This document shows, piece after piece, positions 11,801 to 25,090 of a stretch of 64,000 bases of DNA. Each line of letters opens with the position of its first letter. The first letter of the stretch is position 1. Location of the stretch: contig NC_058368.1 of the NCBI RefSeq assembly GCF_018350175.1, positions 230,890,001 to 230,954,000 of the forward strand. The letters are read 5' to 3'. Made by a program: the position numbers and the translations under genes. The notes under the pieces are model-generated. The model had not been told where the DNA came from. It ran no database searches and worked only from the letters and a program-made list of their open reading frames with translations. The DNA comes from Felis catus (Eukaryota).

Positions 11801-14800
11801 TGCAGTGCTTCGGAACAACAGATTGTCACCACCGTCCTTGACCTTCAAGGGGAACTCGTTGTGCAAAAGTCTACGCTGCACGGATAAGTGGGAAGTTTTT
11901 GCGGGAACACAGCTGGGAAAGAATCCACACAGGCCGGCAGATCGGGGAAGGCATTGGAAAGATAGCATGTTAGCTGGCCTTCGAGCAGGTGTTTCCCAGC
12001 TGACTCAGTGTTAATAGACCAGAGGGGACATTAACATTTCTTCCATGCACAATGAAATTCCTAAAAGCCCCGGGAATGTTAAGGCTCATTCTAGAATTCT
12101 GCATCTTGGCTTGGAGTGACCGTGCAACATGTTTAGACCGGTATGGTTTGAGGGTGAAAGGTGGTGTGGCTAGTAATTATGCCAAGACCGAGGCCGGGCC
12201 AGCAGCCCCAGGAATCAGGGACGCATGACCACCCCAGGGACAGCTGAGGCTGATTCTGCGTCCCCTCCACCGGTCAAGGAGGACGCAGCAGGGCTTAGCT
12301 GCTTCTTTTTCCTAGAAAATATAGGAAGACAAACATGCCATCTGCCTTTGTATCATTTTTGAAGACTGCATTGCAGAAAATGTTTGTACGGATGTCACCG
12401 AGAGTGGTTTAAGACTCTCTCCCAGCCGTGTTACTGCACCATAAAGATGCTGTCTTTTCCTTTCTAGTCAGATCAGCACTTTTTTGAGGCAAATGCCGAG
12501 GAAAAGCACAAATTGCATCTTGAGCTTAAGAAGAGCTCCCCTTTAGGGTCCTTTGTACCTGATAGAACTTAGTTCCTTAAGACAGCGCTCCAAGCAAATG
12601 CTCCCATTCCGGCTGCCTTTGTGAAACAGGCAGCATCGATGCAAATGACTTTGATCTGGGTGCTTTGTTTACGTATCTCCTTTGTTTCCTTAGGAAAAGC
12701 CTCAAAGTGAGTGGATGCCCCAGTCCCTGCCTCACCCCCACAGGCGCCCTGCCCCTCACCTTTCCCAGTTCCTCCCGGGCAGCACCTTTCCTTGTGGTCT
12801 GTCCCTCTGGTTTCCTAGGTGACAGCTTGATCATCAGATGCCTACCTAAGGCTATGGAACAGTGCAAACACAGGGGTTTACACCCCCTCCTCCAGGACCC
12901 ACAGAGTTTCTAGAAGAGAATATTCTCTCCCACTGCCCACATGAGGACTCTCATTTGTCAGGCAGTGTATTCTGGTTTTGATTAACAAAATGCAAAGCAA
13001 AATTGGGTTATCTTATCTAGAGCATGTGACCTAGAGAAACAAGGGCCCTGGGTTCACTGGCAAGTAGGTTAGGTCTGTGTTGAGTTCCAGTCCACCCTGG
13101 GGAGCCCAGGGCCCTCATGCAGTTAGGCTCCAGGAGGGCAGGCCCCATTTGTGTCCTCAGTACCCAGCCCTGTGGCTGGCACCAGTGGTTTCCCAGAAAA
13201 TGCTTATTCGATGCAGGGGCCCAGGCATGTTGGTGGCATGCAGAGATCCCCGTGTGCAGACCCCCCAATGCCACTGGCATCTGCACTGTCCTAGACCTCA
13301 GCTGTGTCGGGTCGAGCTCCACAGCCCGAACCAACTCTTCAACTGAAAGGTCCACCTCTCCCAACCCTAACAAATGCCTCTTCCTGCAGGCCCAGCAGGT
13401 GTCCCAACCTTGTTTGCATCACATTTTAGCTCATTTACATTTATTGTGATTCACTGCTGTGAAGTTCAGAGGAGTGAGTTCTTACACTCTGAACTATAAC
13501 CTTGCTGTTCTTACACTTTCCCTCACTCCCTCAGCCTGAGCCTCACTTTGTATGACCGTGGCCTCGGGACAGTCTCTCCTTGGCCTCCAGGTCATTGCTG
13601 GTTCAGTCCTCTCCCCACCTGGCAACATCCACACCGTGGTCCCCAAGCATTGCCTAAGGGTGCCGGGAGCTGTCCTCCAGGCACAAGGATGTGCTTCTCT
13701 GCTCTGACTTCTCTGCATATGATAGCCATCACCCTGTCCTCCCTCCCCTCTCTAATGTGGCCTCGATATATCTTCAGTTTACCCACGAATCTAATAATGG
13801 TTCTCTCCTTGAGTCACTGCTTTTATGTGCAGCCTCCCTTACCACATGGAGCTCACTTGATCTTCCCCAAATTCCCCTGAGCTCCAGAGGAGTTATTAGT
13901 TCCTTATTTCGGGTGAGGAAACTGAGTCTCAAGTGTCTGCTGCCACCTGGCTGTCACAATGCCCGTTTTCTGTCTGGCGGCCCCGTTCTCCTTTTCAGCG
14001 CCACGGAACTGCCTCACCATTCTGTTATCTGCTTCACTTTTTCATACAAGGCACGTCGAATGCTTCTTTGGTGGCAAAAGCAGGTTTCTGGCTGTCCCCA
14101 TGGAAAGAAAGGTAGCAGATGCCTAAAGGGAGCACTTGGAAGGAGGAAGTGGTAACGAGAGCCTCGGGCATGGGGTCCAGGGCACCATGTGTCGGACGCT
14201 TGCTTTACCCCGTGCTTCTGTTCTTTCCTCCTCCACCTGAGGTCCTTATTCACCAAGTGCAGGGAGATGCTCTGGTTCCCCGGGTCCCCAGGAGCAGCCC
14301 TGGGGGACTTTGCATCCTTGACGGAGAATCGGCCCGTGGAAGTCCTTCCTGTGGGTGAAGACAAGGATATGCTCGGTTTTCTTATGGTCGCTACGGAGAC
14401 TGGCCACACTGAAACAGGAATGACCCGTGTCTAGAAAATCATGATGACCTGTTTTCCGCTTCTGGGAAACCTCACAGGAGTCCCCCCTTGATGACATTCG
14501 AGGGGCCCTGGGTCCAGCTCTCTGATGGCTTCCACCTCCACCCACTGCAGAGTCCCAGACAACGGATGATCACCAAACACTCGCTAGTGGAGGAGAAGAG
14601 ACGGTGACGAGCAGTGGGGGCGAGCCCGGTGTCCCTCGAGCTGCTGAACAGCAGGAAGCAGGAAGTGCGTCAGATGAAACTCCAACGCTGCCCGATTTTG
14701 AGGCGTGCTTGGTACTTTTAGACGTATGTCTCTTGAATGAATAAACAACTGATACCAACAGACAAACCACAAATAAACCTTAGGGTCCTGACTATATTAA

Positions 14801-16379
14801 TTTACCCAGGGAGTGAGCTGGTCACCGGGATCAGAGCAGCAGGACCGTTCAGTGTCAGGGAGTGAAGGAAGACGTTAGTCAGTGCCCGGAGTGCTTTTCT
14901 CACCAGCGTAAGTGACTTAGACATTAGTCCACACCACGGCCTGTCCCCGTCATGCTCGCGCGCTATTTGGATATTCCGGAGCCTCTGTTCTAAATAGGTG
15001 CGGGAGGGCAGGGCTCTTGGATTGAACGCAAGTCCTCGTAACTCACTAACTGGTTTGTAAAAGCAAGCAGAGTTAGAGGTGGGTTTCGATTTCTGGGTGC
15101 TTGACTTTGCTCCTCTATTTCTGTTAATTGCTGAAAAAGCATGAGGGTGCGGCGTGACCCGAGGAGGGTCCAGGAGCTAGTGTTTTCAGTCAGGAAGCAG
15201 CTGAGTTTGCAATCCGGGGACCTTCGAAGGCAGCAGCGTGTTGTGTCCTGCCCGGCTGGCTGGGCTCCTGCTGCTGCTGTCAGCTCACCAAATCCCTCCC
15301 TGCCAGGACTTTGGAGGGTGGATTAAGGATATAATTACAGGCGAATCCAGCAAGAGAGAAATCCGAAAGCTCTTGTCCATCATCCCGTGTACTTGACTTT
15401 AACCTAAGCCGTGTTCAGTCCTCCCAGGCCATGTTTTGACTTTTGCTTGATGCAAAGCTCCCGTGGTCGAAAGTCTCCTGAGAGCAAGTGAAATCGGGCA
15501 TCTCTCCTTTTTTCTTGTCGGGTTTTCCCGAAAAAACATCTTCACGCTGGCTGGTCCCGTTTCAGGCCAGCCACCTGTTCTCCTGGAGCTGGAAGTGGAC
15601 CGAGACCACGTGAGATTCTTGGTGTCTGTATTTGATACAATGTCAGTTTGTACATCATCCTAATGGGAATTCTGTTAACACTTGTCAGATTTTTTCCTAC
15701 TTACACAATCCCTTTCCTACTTAAAGCTGTAACAGCTAGAGAAAATACATACTTGGAACTATGGACACCCTCCTCCCCAAATCACAGAATTGTAAACGTG
15801 ACCCATGACCTTGAACAGCCGACTGGATCTGATTCCAGAACACAGACAGTAAATACTTTGATTTTAGCACCCACCCACTCAGCACGAACTATTTATTCAC
15901 CGGCATTCCCTGCAATTGAACTTCAAGAGTCTGACCCCAAAACATGGATGTGCTCAGAACCAAAGATGGAATAGCTTTTAAGTGTCAATGCTACTTAACG
16001 GAAATGAAGTACCGTTTAAAAAATTTGACGCGTAAATATGATAGTTACACAGATTGTCTGATAATTATACAAACTAAGCCGGAGAAAAGAGCATTTCCCT
16101 GTTGTAAGGAGTGAGTGGACTGCAGAACAAGAACTTACGAACAGCAACTTCCCAGGCGGCACCGAGGAGCCTTTGCAAGTATCACCAAAATATTCCTTGA
16201 TTTAGCTTCTCAAGGGGCCACCCACCTACAGCAAACATCTTCCAACGGTGTAGCTTTGGAACTTCAACCAACAGGCAAGCTTTTTCCCCAGCATCTCCTA
16301 CATTGCCACGTGATACAACACACAGATTGGTTTTTGTTGTTGTTGTTGTTTTTTTCTTTTTTAAACTTAGCCCTTGTCT

Positions 16380-16598
16380 TTTTTTTTTTTTCTTCAACGT
16401 TTTATTTATTTTTGGGACAGAGAGAGACAGAGCATGAACGGGGGAGGGGCAGAGAGAGAGGGAGACACAGAATCGGAAACAGGCCCCAGGCTCTGAGCCA
16501 TCAGCCCAGAGCCCGACGCGGGGCTCGAACTCACGGACCGCGAGATCGTGACCTGGCTGAAGTCGGACGCTTAACCGACTGCACCACCCAGGCGCCCC
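16380..16598 (-). mobile_element. Young CpG-rich SINEC_Fc with TSD agcccttgtcttt
   Basis: Reverse complement of the same subfamily as 8657-8880. TSD at 16369-16381 and 16601-16613. Confidence 0.95.
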
Positions 16599-17039
16599 TA
16601 AGCCCTTGTCTTTAATGATAATCTACATTCTTCCTAAAAAGGTATCTTCCCTGGAACGTTTAGCAACATAAAGGAGGCAGTCTTTTTTTCCCCCCCATGC
16701 CTTTGAATAATACAGGAATCTGGCAGTAAGGGACCTTTTCTCTCTGTAAAAAACCCTCCCTTCCTACCCCAGTGTGACCGTATGAGCTCAGAACAAGGAG
16801 TGAGAAAACAAGATGGAAACCCTGGCATTCTTCAAAGAAGCTCTAAGAAACTCTGGAATTCTGTAGTCAAGAGAGAGGGAGGGAGGAGAGAGGAAGGAAG
16901 GGAGTGAGAGAGAAAGAAAGGAAAAGTATTTTTAAGTTACAATTTAGAAGACACAATAACACCTTGTGGGCTGTCTTTATTTTGGAAATTAATTCAGGAT
17001 CTGTTACCACTTAATGTAACTCTGTTGGCGGAGACATAA

Positions 17040-17200
17040 TTCTAAGCCCAGTGTATACATTATTCCATTTAAGCTGTCAACTATTCTGGGAAAGAGGTGG
17101 TGTTCCCATTCCACAAGTGGACCCTGAGGCCCAGAGAGGCTACTCATCTGATCTGAGACTTGAAGCCAGAGCCGTTTGTCTCCAAAGCCAGGGTCCTCAA
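17040..17200 (-). mobile_element. MIR fragment
   Basis: cccattccacaagtggaccctgaggcccagagagg matches the reverse MIR core. Confidence 0.55.
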
Positions 17201-19464
17201 ACGCTCCATTGCACACTTTCCTCTGTGCTTCTGCATCTTTCCTGAACTTTCTACAGAGGCAGTGGCCGAATGAGGTGGATTTTCTAAAGCGTGCAGGTGC
17301 CCGGCACCCTGCAGCCCACCCACACCCCGCCCGGAAGCGTGGTTTCCCTCATTCAATGTGGTCAACCCATTCTTGTGATGCACGCAGACACCCCCTCTGG
17401 CCGGGACGACCCTGTGCATTAAGTCCATAAGATGTGAGCTAACAATTAGAATGCTTGCTGCATGGACCTTCTCTGTGTCCAGTGAACAGGGACAGGAGGT
17501 AAAGACAAAGAGAAGAAGGGAAATCCATCAGTCACACGATGGGAGCACTAAGCTTAGAGTAGCTTCTGGAAATACATGTCTAGAGGGAAAATGAAGATTC
17601 CCAGGTCCTGTTGAAACAATCAGTAGCTTTCCCAGTGGATCCTGAGTGTCTGTAGAACGCATCATTCACGTCTACGCCACACTCATCCTGCACACTCAGG
17701 ACTTGGGCTGACAGCCTTCTCTAAATAGCAGGGGTTAAAGTGCTGGCATCTGGGCCAACAGTGAGCCATGTATCTGTGGGTGGAATGTCATCTGGATAGA
17801 AGTCGTTTGAGAAGCCCTCAGAGACCTGGACCCCCACGCGTCTCTAGGACGGACTCAGGAGGATCAGGCCTGGCTAAGGATTTGTCCCAAGGTCAGATGC
17901 TCAGTAGGTGTGAGCAAGGGGGTGACATGGCACCACTCCTGACCCCGAGACTCAGTCGTCTCCTTGAAAATAAGTGTTAGGAGACAGGTTTGAACACAGG
18001 CTCAGACATTCTCTCCTAGAAAAGTACCTTTGCTCGGGCCCTTTAAAAAAGATCTACAAACTCCACATACCAAATCCGGAAGGAACTGGGTTCCAGATTA
18101 TTTCTCCTTAGATTTAGAATTTTATTTAAAGCCCTTGAGTCGTGTTTTATTTACCTTTAGACAGACTCCCTGGACAATCATCTGTTCCTTAGACGGGGGA
18201 CACGCCTGTCCTGAGGTGCCCCTGCCCACCGGGGACATCCAGCCTTCAGCTGTCCTCTGTGTGGAGCGCGGCAGAGCTTTGCGGCCCTACAGCCAGCAAA
18301 AGGACCAGCAGCGCCATCTTGTGGGAGTGCTGTGGGCCGCCCAACAACCTTGACTGTCAATCTTTGAAGAATGACATTACAAAGAAATGCAGTCAAGTAA
18401 GCTGTTTCCTTCTGGTCCCCAGCCATGCTAATTATTATTTTGGTGTCTAGAAAATTAATAACCCAAATAAATTAACGCCAAGCCAGAAAGATATGTCAAG
18501 AAAAAAAATGGCTAGGAAGGGTTTGTTTCCCATTTACTGGGAAATATATGTATCACCCCAGATGGGGATATACTTTTCCATAAACTCCATGAGAACACAG
18601 GTCGTGTCCTTCCCATGACTCAGCTCACATGTCACCTTGTCGGGGTCCGTGATGACCCCCCCTCCTCTAAGAAGAGCACCCTGTTCGTCGCTGTCCTAGA
18701 GCTGGTCACCATGTCTGCTTCTGCGCCTGCACCCGGCCTCTGGAGCTGGGTCACCCCCTGAGGGGAAAGCCCTGCTTTGTGGCCCCAGGGGGCTCAGTCA
18801 GTGTGGCCGAGAGGCTGAGGCATGTGAGAGATATGGCAGCGCCTGGGGCCACAGAGGAGCCCTCACAGTCATCTGCGGTCAGGTGCACTGTGTTTCCATT
18901 TGCGGGGCTGCATTTGGGTGGGTCCTGCCTCTTCCTCCCCTTTTGACCGCACACAGCACCCCGGAAAGTCTCTGTGGTCTGGGAGCAGCACGGCGCCTCT
19001 TGTGAGCAGCCCGCAGATTAAATTGGGGGGGGGGGGTGGCTTCTGTCGTGTGTCCTCGGGGGAGGCCTCTTCTCACAGAACTGTTAGCTGCTTATTGGAA
19101 AGTGAAATCAAAACTCTGACACAGCCTTCTGGGCCTGAGTGTTCATGTAAGCACTGCTCCCTGACTCACCAGACAACTCTGACTGTTCGGGAGATTTTTA
19201 GGGAAAATCCCCTTCTGGGCACACACTTGTTTTCGTACCAGGAAGGAGTATCACATGATGACTCGCTCCTGGGTCCTGATGTAGCCTTTTCTGGATGGTG
19301 CTGGGTTACCACTGACCACTGCCAGCGTCCCGGCCAGTCTTCCTTGTCTCCTGTTCTGGGACCAGGAGCTGTGGGTGGAGGAGAGGCTGGTAGCCTCAGT
19401 ACTGAGCATTTCAGATCACTTTCTACCAAGTCTTTTCTGTCACAAAACCCGTCATGTGTCATCA

Positions 19465-19650
19465 CGGTCCTTGGCCATGCAGCCTTCAGACAAATTACTT
19501 AACCTAATTTATCATTCCTTCACCTGTAAAAGGGACATGGTAGTTCCTGCCTCACAAGTTTGAAGGGGTTAGATACAGTAATTCTATGTAAAGCGCTTAA
19601 CTCAGTGCCTGGCCCGTGGTAAGTGGTCAATAAATAGTAGCTATTAGCAT
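19465..19650 (+). mobile_element. MIR
   Basis: caaattacttaacc...cacctgtaaaaggg...tgtaaagcgcttaactcagtgcctggc...caataaatagtagctatta. Confidence 0.8.
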
Positions 19651-19935
19651 CTGAGATCATTCTCATCCCTTAGAAAAATTAAGAAACAACGCGCTACAGG
19701 CTTTTATGACCCCATCTGTATACAAACATCTCCCTCTGATATTTTCAGAGTGCATTTAAGTGAAGAGGAGAAAATATTTGCAGAGGATAACATAGTGGCC
19801 TTCCTTGAACCCAGACCAAAAGCACTAACATGAAAATAATTCTGTTAAATAGAACTCTCCAGCAATGCCTTTGCCGCCATTTTGACTACTTGCGGTGGGA
19901 TGGGTGACTTGACTGGATTCCCAGTCCTACTGATC

Positions 19936-19937
<2 letters not shown>

Positions 19938-19972
<35 letters not shown>
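19938..19972 (+). repeat. (TG)n microsatellite
   Basis: Direct observation. Confidence 0.95.
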
Positions 19973-19975
<3 letters not shown>

Positions 19976-22029
19976 CATCCCAAAATGCTCCTACGCAGCA
20001 ACCAAGCTACCCTAATCTCTGCCAGCACACTTGGGGAGGCATAGACCAAACGCTCACGTAGGCATAGAACATCACCAGCCGTTCACAGAAACCTAGAACA
20101 GATGCTCCCCGGAATTAAAGGGGGGAGGAGGAGGAAGGACCCCATGTAAGCAGCTAGGAAAGCAGGGTTGCTGCAGAGCAGTGGATTCAAATCACGCCCA
20201 CCATGTTGCCTACCGATAGCAGTCCTGGGAAGCTTAGCGTTTTGGTCCTTGCCAGGGAGCCCAGAATCATTTCCCCGGGCTGCGCTGCTCTCCGTAGCTT
20301 TGAGGAAGAGGAGCATCAACGTTCCTGGACCCGGTAGGCATCCTGCAGAGGCCTGGGCTGCTGGGGCGCATCTGGAGTGTCGGTGTGGTTCTGGGCAAAG
20401 GTCTAGAGACCACACTGGAATGGAGGTGGGGGGAGGGCCCCAGACAGTGAAGGAATTTACAATCCTGGCCTTTAGCCTGGGAAGGGGGTGTCCCCGAGGC
20501 TTGTGGAAGCCCTCCTCAAACATCAAAGGCCTGTCCCGCAGAAGAGGCCTTGGTCGTGGATGGAGCCCCAGATGGTGCAGAGGCCTCCCCGAGGGCCCTC
20601 AGGCTCACGCGTGCAGAGACGCGAGGGCGCGGGCCAGGGTGGCCGTCCACGGGGAGGAAAGCTGGATCAGGTCGCCTCCTTCCCGGCCCTAACGCCCAGG
20701 GCGGCTGAGTCTCTCCTAGCAGAGTGGACAGAAAACGTCACGCCTCCCGGGGCCTGTACTGACAGTCCAGGTCGTGAGGTCTTAAGACACACAAGAAGAA
20801 TGTAAAGTAATCTTGACGCTTTTTCCATGGATCCCATGTTGGACTGTCATTTGGATGTGTTGCGCTAAGTTAAATATGTGGCCATTTATTTCAATAATTG
20901 CTGTTTTAGCTTTTTAGCAGCGTTTTGAAACCGTGAATGGTTTTCTCACCCCTGGGGACTTTTATTTAAAGACGAGACCAGAAAACCCAGTCCTGAGGGC
21001 CGTCCGCCTTCCACGGGGACACTCGTGCGTATTCCTGGCATCTCGTCCCCCGTCTGGGATGCCAAGGAAGCATGGAGCTTGTTCATCAAGGAAACTTAGG
21101 AAATAAATAATGAGATCTGTAGTTCAGGACAGAGGACCCTGTCGAGACTGTGATGTGGTCCTGAACAGGTGAGCCTTGGAAACCTCTGTGCGTATTTGGC
21201 AGCTGCTTAGGGCAGGTGTGAGGAAGTTTTGGAGTTTTCTGCCGATACATAAGAAGCCGTTTCTGGGGCGCTAATCCCTGCTTGCTAATTCCGCCTCGGT
21301 TGCAATTCCTTTAAGTTAGATAAGTGTGGTTTTAAAAAATTGGAAAAGCCCGAGGATGTGGGGAGGGCAGGAACAATATTTTTCACCCTCTCTGTTTCCT
21401 GAGAGAAAGTAATGCTCATCTTCAAAACAACATCTGTCAGAATGATTCTCATCAGATTAAATAAATCCTCAAAGCCGCGATCACAGTTTATAGAATCTTG
21501 GAAGTGTACGTTATGCTGTGCATGGAGCCCTAATGGAATTTAAAATATGTGTGTTTTTGCGAACACAGCTTTGTAAGCAGACTCTTACCGGGGTTTCTCG
21601 TTGGTGAATTTTCGTTTAAGCTACCACATCTCAAGGAGCTTACAAAGCGTTCCTACTAGACAAATGTAACGAACAATCGTTTACCAGTTTTGAGATTCTA
21701 TTAATAGTAGGTGGAAAAAGACAAAGAGCTAGGGGCCCTTTGGCCAACCCTGATGAAAGTCCGCAACACAGTCCGTGCCAGAAGAGGAGCCACGTGGAAC
21801 TAGATGTCACCGCTAGGTAGCATGGGAGAGGTCAGCCTTCGGTTATCTTGTCACAGGCAGCTGCCATATGTCCTTACAGGTGATTATAGCCTTTTTAGTA
21901 TCAGAGAAGGGAAGAAGATTTCCGGGGGGCGTTTTGTGTCATAAAGACCTTGGACGACTGATCAATACACATGGATACGTAGTATTCTGTGCTGCCGGAA
22001 AGCATATTCTTACGTTGGTTTGCTAAGTC

Positions 22030-22593
22030 TAAAATACAGATTTGAAGAGGCACGTGCACCCCAGTATTTATAGCAGCACTATCGACAATATCCAAACTCT
22101 GGAGAGAGCCCAGTGTCCATCGACTGATGGATGATAAAGGTGTGGTGCGTATATGTATACGGGGGGGGGGGGGGGGGGGGGGGGGGAATACTACTCAGCC
22201 GTCAAAAAGAATGAAAGCTTGCCGTTTGCAACCACGTAGATAGAACTAGAGTATATCATGCTAAGCGAAATACATCAGAGAAAGATTACCTTATAATGTC
22301 GTTCATAGGTGGATTTAAGAAACAAAACAGATGAACATATGGGAGAGGGAAGAAAAAAGAGGGAAACCACAAGAGATTCTTAAATGCAGAGAACAAACTG
22401 AGGGTTGCTGGCCGGGGAGAGGGGAGGTGGGGGGGGATGGCCTACATGGGTGATGGACATTAAGGAGGGCACTTTCGGGGATGAGCACTGGGTGTCGTAT
22501 GTAAGTGATGAATCACTGGCTTCCACTCCTGAAACCAATACTGCACTGTATGTTAACCAACTAGAATTTAAATGAAAATTTGAAAAAAAAAAA
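22030..22593 (+). mobile_element. 5'-truncated carnivore L1 3' end with poly(A)
   Basis: tgcaccccagtatttatagcagcactatc...ctaagcgaaata...gatgagcactgggtg...cctgaaaccaatactgcactgtatgttaac...A tail. Degenerate TSD ttgctaagtctaaa/ttgccaagtccaaa. Confidence 0.88.
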
Positions 22594-22609
22594 TTAGTTG
22601 CCAAGTCCA

Positions 22610-23690
22610 AACAATAAGACACCACTTTTCACACATTAGGATGGCTACTATCAAAAAACCCCAGAGTAGAACAAGTATTGGTGATGTGCAGAAACTGGAA
22701 CCTTGTGCATTGCTGGGGAGAACCTCAGCGGTGGAATGTCTATGGAAAACAGCTTGGCGGTTCCTCAGAGCTGAACACGAATTACCGTATGACCCAGAAG
22801 TTCCGCTTCTGAGCGTGTAAATGAAAGATTTGAAAGCGGGGACTCAAACAGATCCTATTAGACCAGTGTTCATAGCATCATTAATCACAAGAGCCAAAAA
22901 GGTGGAAACAAGTCAAATGTCCATAAGCAATGAATGGAAAAACAGAACATGACCTACCCATATAATGGCATATAATTCAGCCTCAAAACGAAAGCAGTTC
23001 TGGGGCACTTGGGTGGTTCAGTCGGTGGTGAAGCGTCTGACTCTTGGTTTCAGCTCAGGTCATGATCTCATGGTTAGTGAGTTCAAGCCCTGCATCAGGC
23101 TCTGAGCTGACAGTGTGGAGCCTGCTTGAGATTCTCCCTCCCTCTCTCTCTCTCTCTGTGCCCTTCCGACCCTCCCTCTCTCTCTCAAAATAAATATAAA
23201 CTTTTTTTAAAAAAAAGGGAACTCTGCTATGTGCTACAACCTGGGTGACTTTATGCTAAGTGAAATAAGCCAGGCATAAAAGGACAAATATTGTGTGATT
23301 CCACTCATATGAGGTGCCCAGAGTAGTTTGAGTTCTTAGGACAGAAAGTAGAACAGCATTTGCAGGGGATGAGGAAGGGGGCTGGGAGAGGAGGCTGGGG
23401 AGGGGGCTGGGGAGGAGGTGGGGAGGGGGCTGGAAGAGGGGGTTGGGGGAAGAGGCTGGGGAGGGGACCAGGGTGGGGGTTGGGAGAGGAGACTGGGGAG
23501 GGGGTTGGGGGAGGCGGGTGGGCAGGGGGTGGGGAGGGGTTTGAGGGTTGCTGTTTACTAGTGTCTCCTAAGGATGCGAAAGCCCTGCAAACGGGCGGTG
23601 GCGGTGGAGGTGGCTGCGTGACATCGTGAACGTATTGCCACTCAGTTGTACAGCTGTACGATTTACAGCGGCGACAACGGTAAATAAATT
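22610..23690 (+). mobile_element. Older L1M 3' region, interrupted by a CanSINE (23002-23216) and a G-rich repeat
   Basis: cacacattaggatggctactatcaaaaa; ggaaaacagcttggcggttcctca; atgctaagtgaaataagccagg; atgattccact-like motif. Confidence 0.85.
23365..23547 (+). repeat. G-rich minisatellite (~GGGGGCTGGGGA)
   Basis: Direct observation. Confidence 0.9.
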
Positions 23691-23879
23691 AGTTGCTGAG
23701 CTAGCTGGGATTTTAAAGCAGACCGGGCGGGGAGGGGAGAGTGCACACCGTCTTCGGGAGCATCGTTTACCTGACGCTGACGAGAGCCAGCCCGGGCCCG
23801 GGCCTCCCCTGCAGGCTAGGTAAGAGTGTGCACGTACAGCACATTTCTTGAATGTGTTGTTAAAACTTAGAACAGTGCA

Positions 23880-24085
23880 GGGGCGCCTGGCTGGCTCGGT
23901 CGGTTAAGCGTCTGACTCTTGATTTTGGCCCGGGTCCTGAAAGCTTGCCGTTGGTGGGTTCTAGCCCCGCACCGGGCTCGGTGCTGCTGGTGCGGATCCT
24001 GCTTGGGATGATTCTCTGTCCCGCTCTCTGTGCCCCTCCTCCACTCACACTCTCTCTCAAAAATAAATAAAAAACATGGAAAAAA
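23880..24085 (+). mobile_element. CanSINE
   Basis: ggggcgcctggctggctcggtcggttaagcg...aaaataaataaaaa. Confidence 0.9.
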
Positions 24086-24860
24086 CCTACCTAAAAATCT
24101 GCAGGGCTTTTCCCCTTGTGGCTTCCGGTGCTGTATTTCTTAGCAGCACCGACAGATGGAGACGCGGGAGCACAGGGAAGCCGGATGAAGTCTGAGGTCT
24201 TCACTGCCGCTTCCCAGCCGGCTTAACTGGATGGAATATGCCTAGTTTTGGCTGCGCCCCAGAGTCTGCTCAGACCGAAGCCAGCTTGGCGCCCCTGCTC
24301 CTCTGCCCAGATCGGCCCTCTGGGTGCGCAGAGGGCGACTTCCTGTCCCTTTGAACAGGGGGTCACAAACCCCGCACCTGGCGGAAGGAATGGGGCCTGC
24401 CGTGGCCAAGACGTGGGGGTGCTGTGGCCTCAGTGGCTCCCTGGGCCACACCCCTCACCCCTGCACAGCTCTCTCAGCAACCCCGTGGGCCCGTGCCCGC
24501 CGGTACGCCCGGCAAGAAGCCTGTGATACGCGTAGGCACGCTCAGTGCCGTGTACTTCTTAAGACAACACCAAAAACCAAAGGCTGGAAAAGAGGATATT
24601 TGAGTTTTGAATTTTTTAGTATTTACTTATCTTGTAATATTTCTGTTAATATGGAATGTTAATGTTTACTTCTGCAATTTGGGTTGCCCACCGTTTCCGG
24701 ATTCCTTTCCAAAGGGGCCATGGGGTATATGCGCCGTCACCTGTTCCCTCTTCTCACCCCTAACCAGAGGTGGTTCCTGAATTTCAGCAGAATGTTTCAG
24801 AAACTCCCCTCCCTCCATTGCAACCCTAAAGGGCCATTTTGTACAGAATATACATGCCCT

Positions 24861-25090
24861 AAGACATCTGGGTGGCTCAGGACGCCTGGGTGGCTCAGTC
24901 CGTTGGGTGTCCAGCTTTGGCTCAGGTCATGATCTCACGGTCTGTGGGCTCGAGCCCCGCATCGAGCTCTGTGCAGACACCTCGGAGCCTGGAGCCTGCT
25001 TCGGATTCTGTGTCTCCCTCTCTGTCTGCCCCTCCCCACTCCAATCTGTCTGTCTCTCAAAAGTAAATAAATATTAAAAAAAATTTTAAA
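24861..25090 (+). mobile_element. CanSINE with duplicated 5' head
   Basis: ctgggtggctcag occurs twice (24868-24880 and 24886-24898), followed by a full SINE body. Confidence 0.88.
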
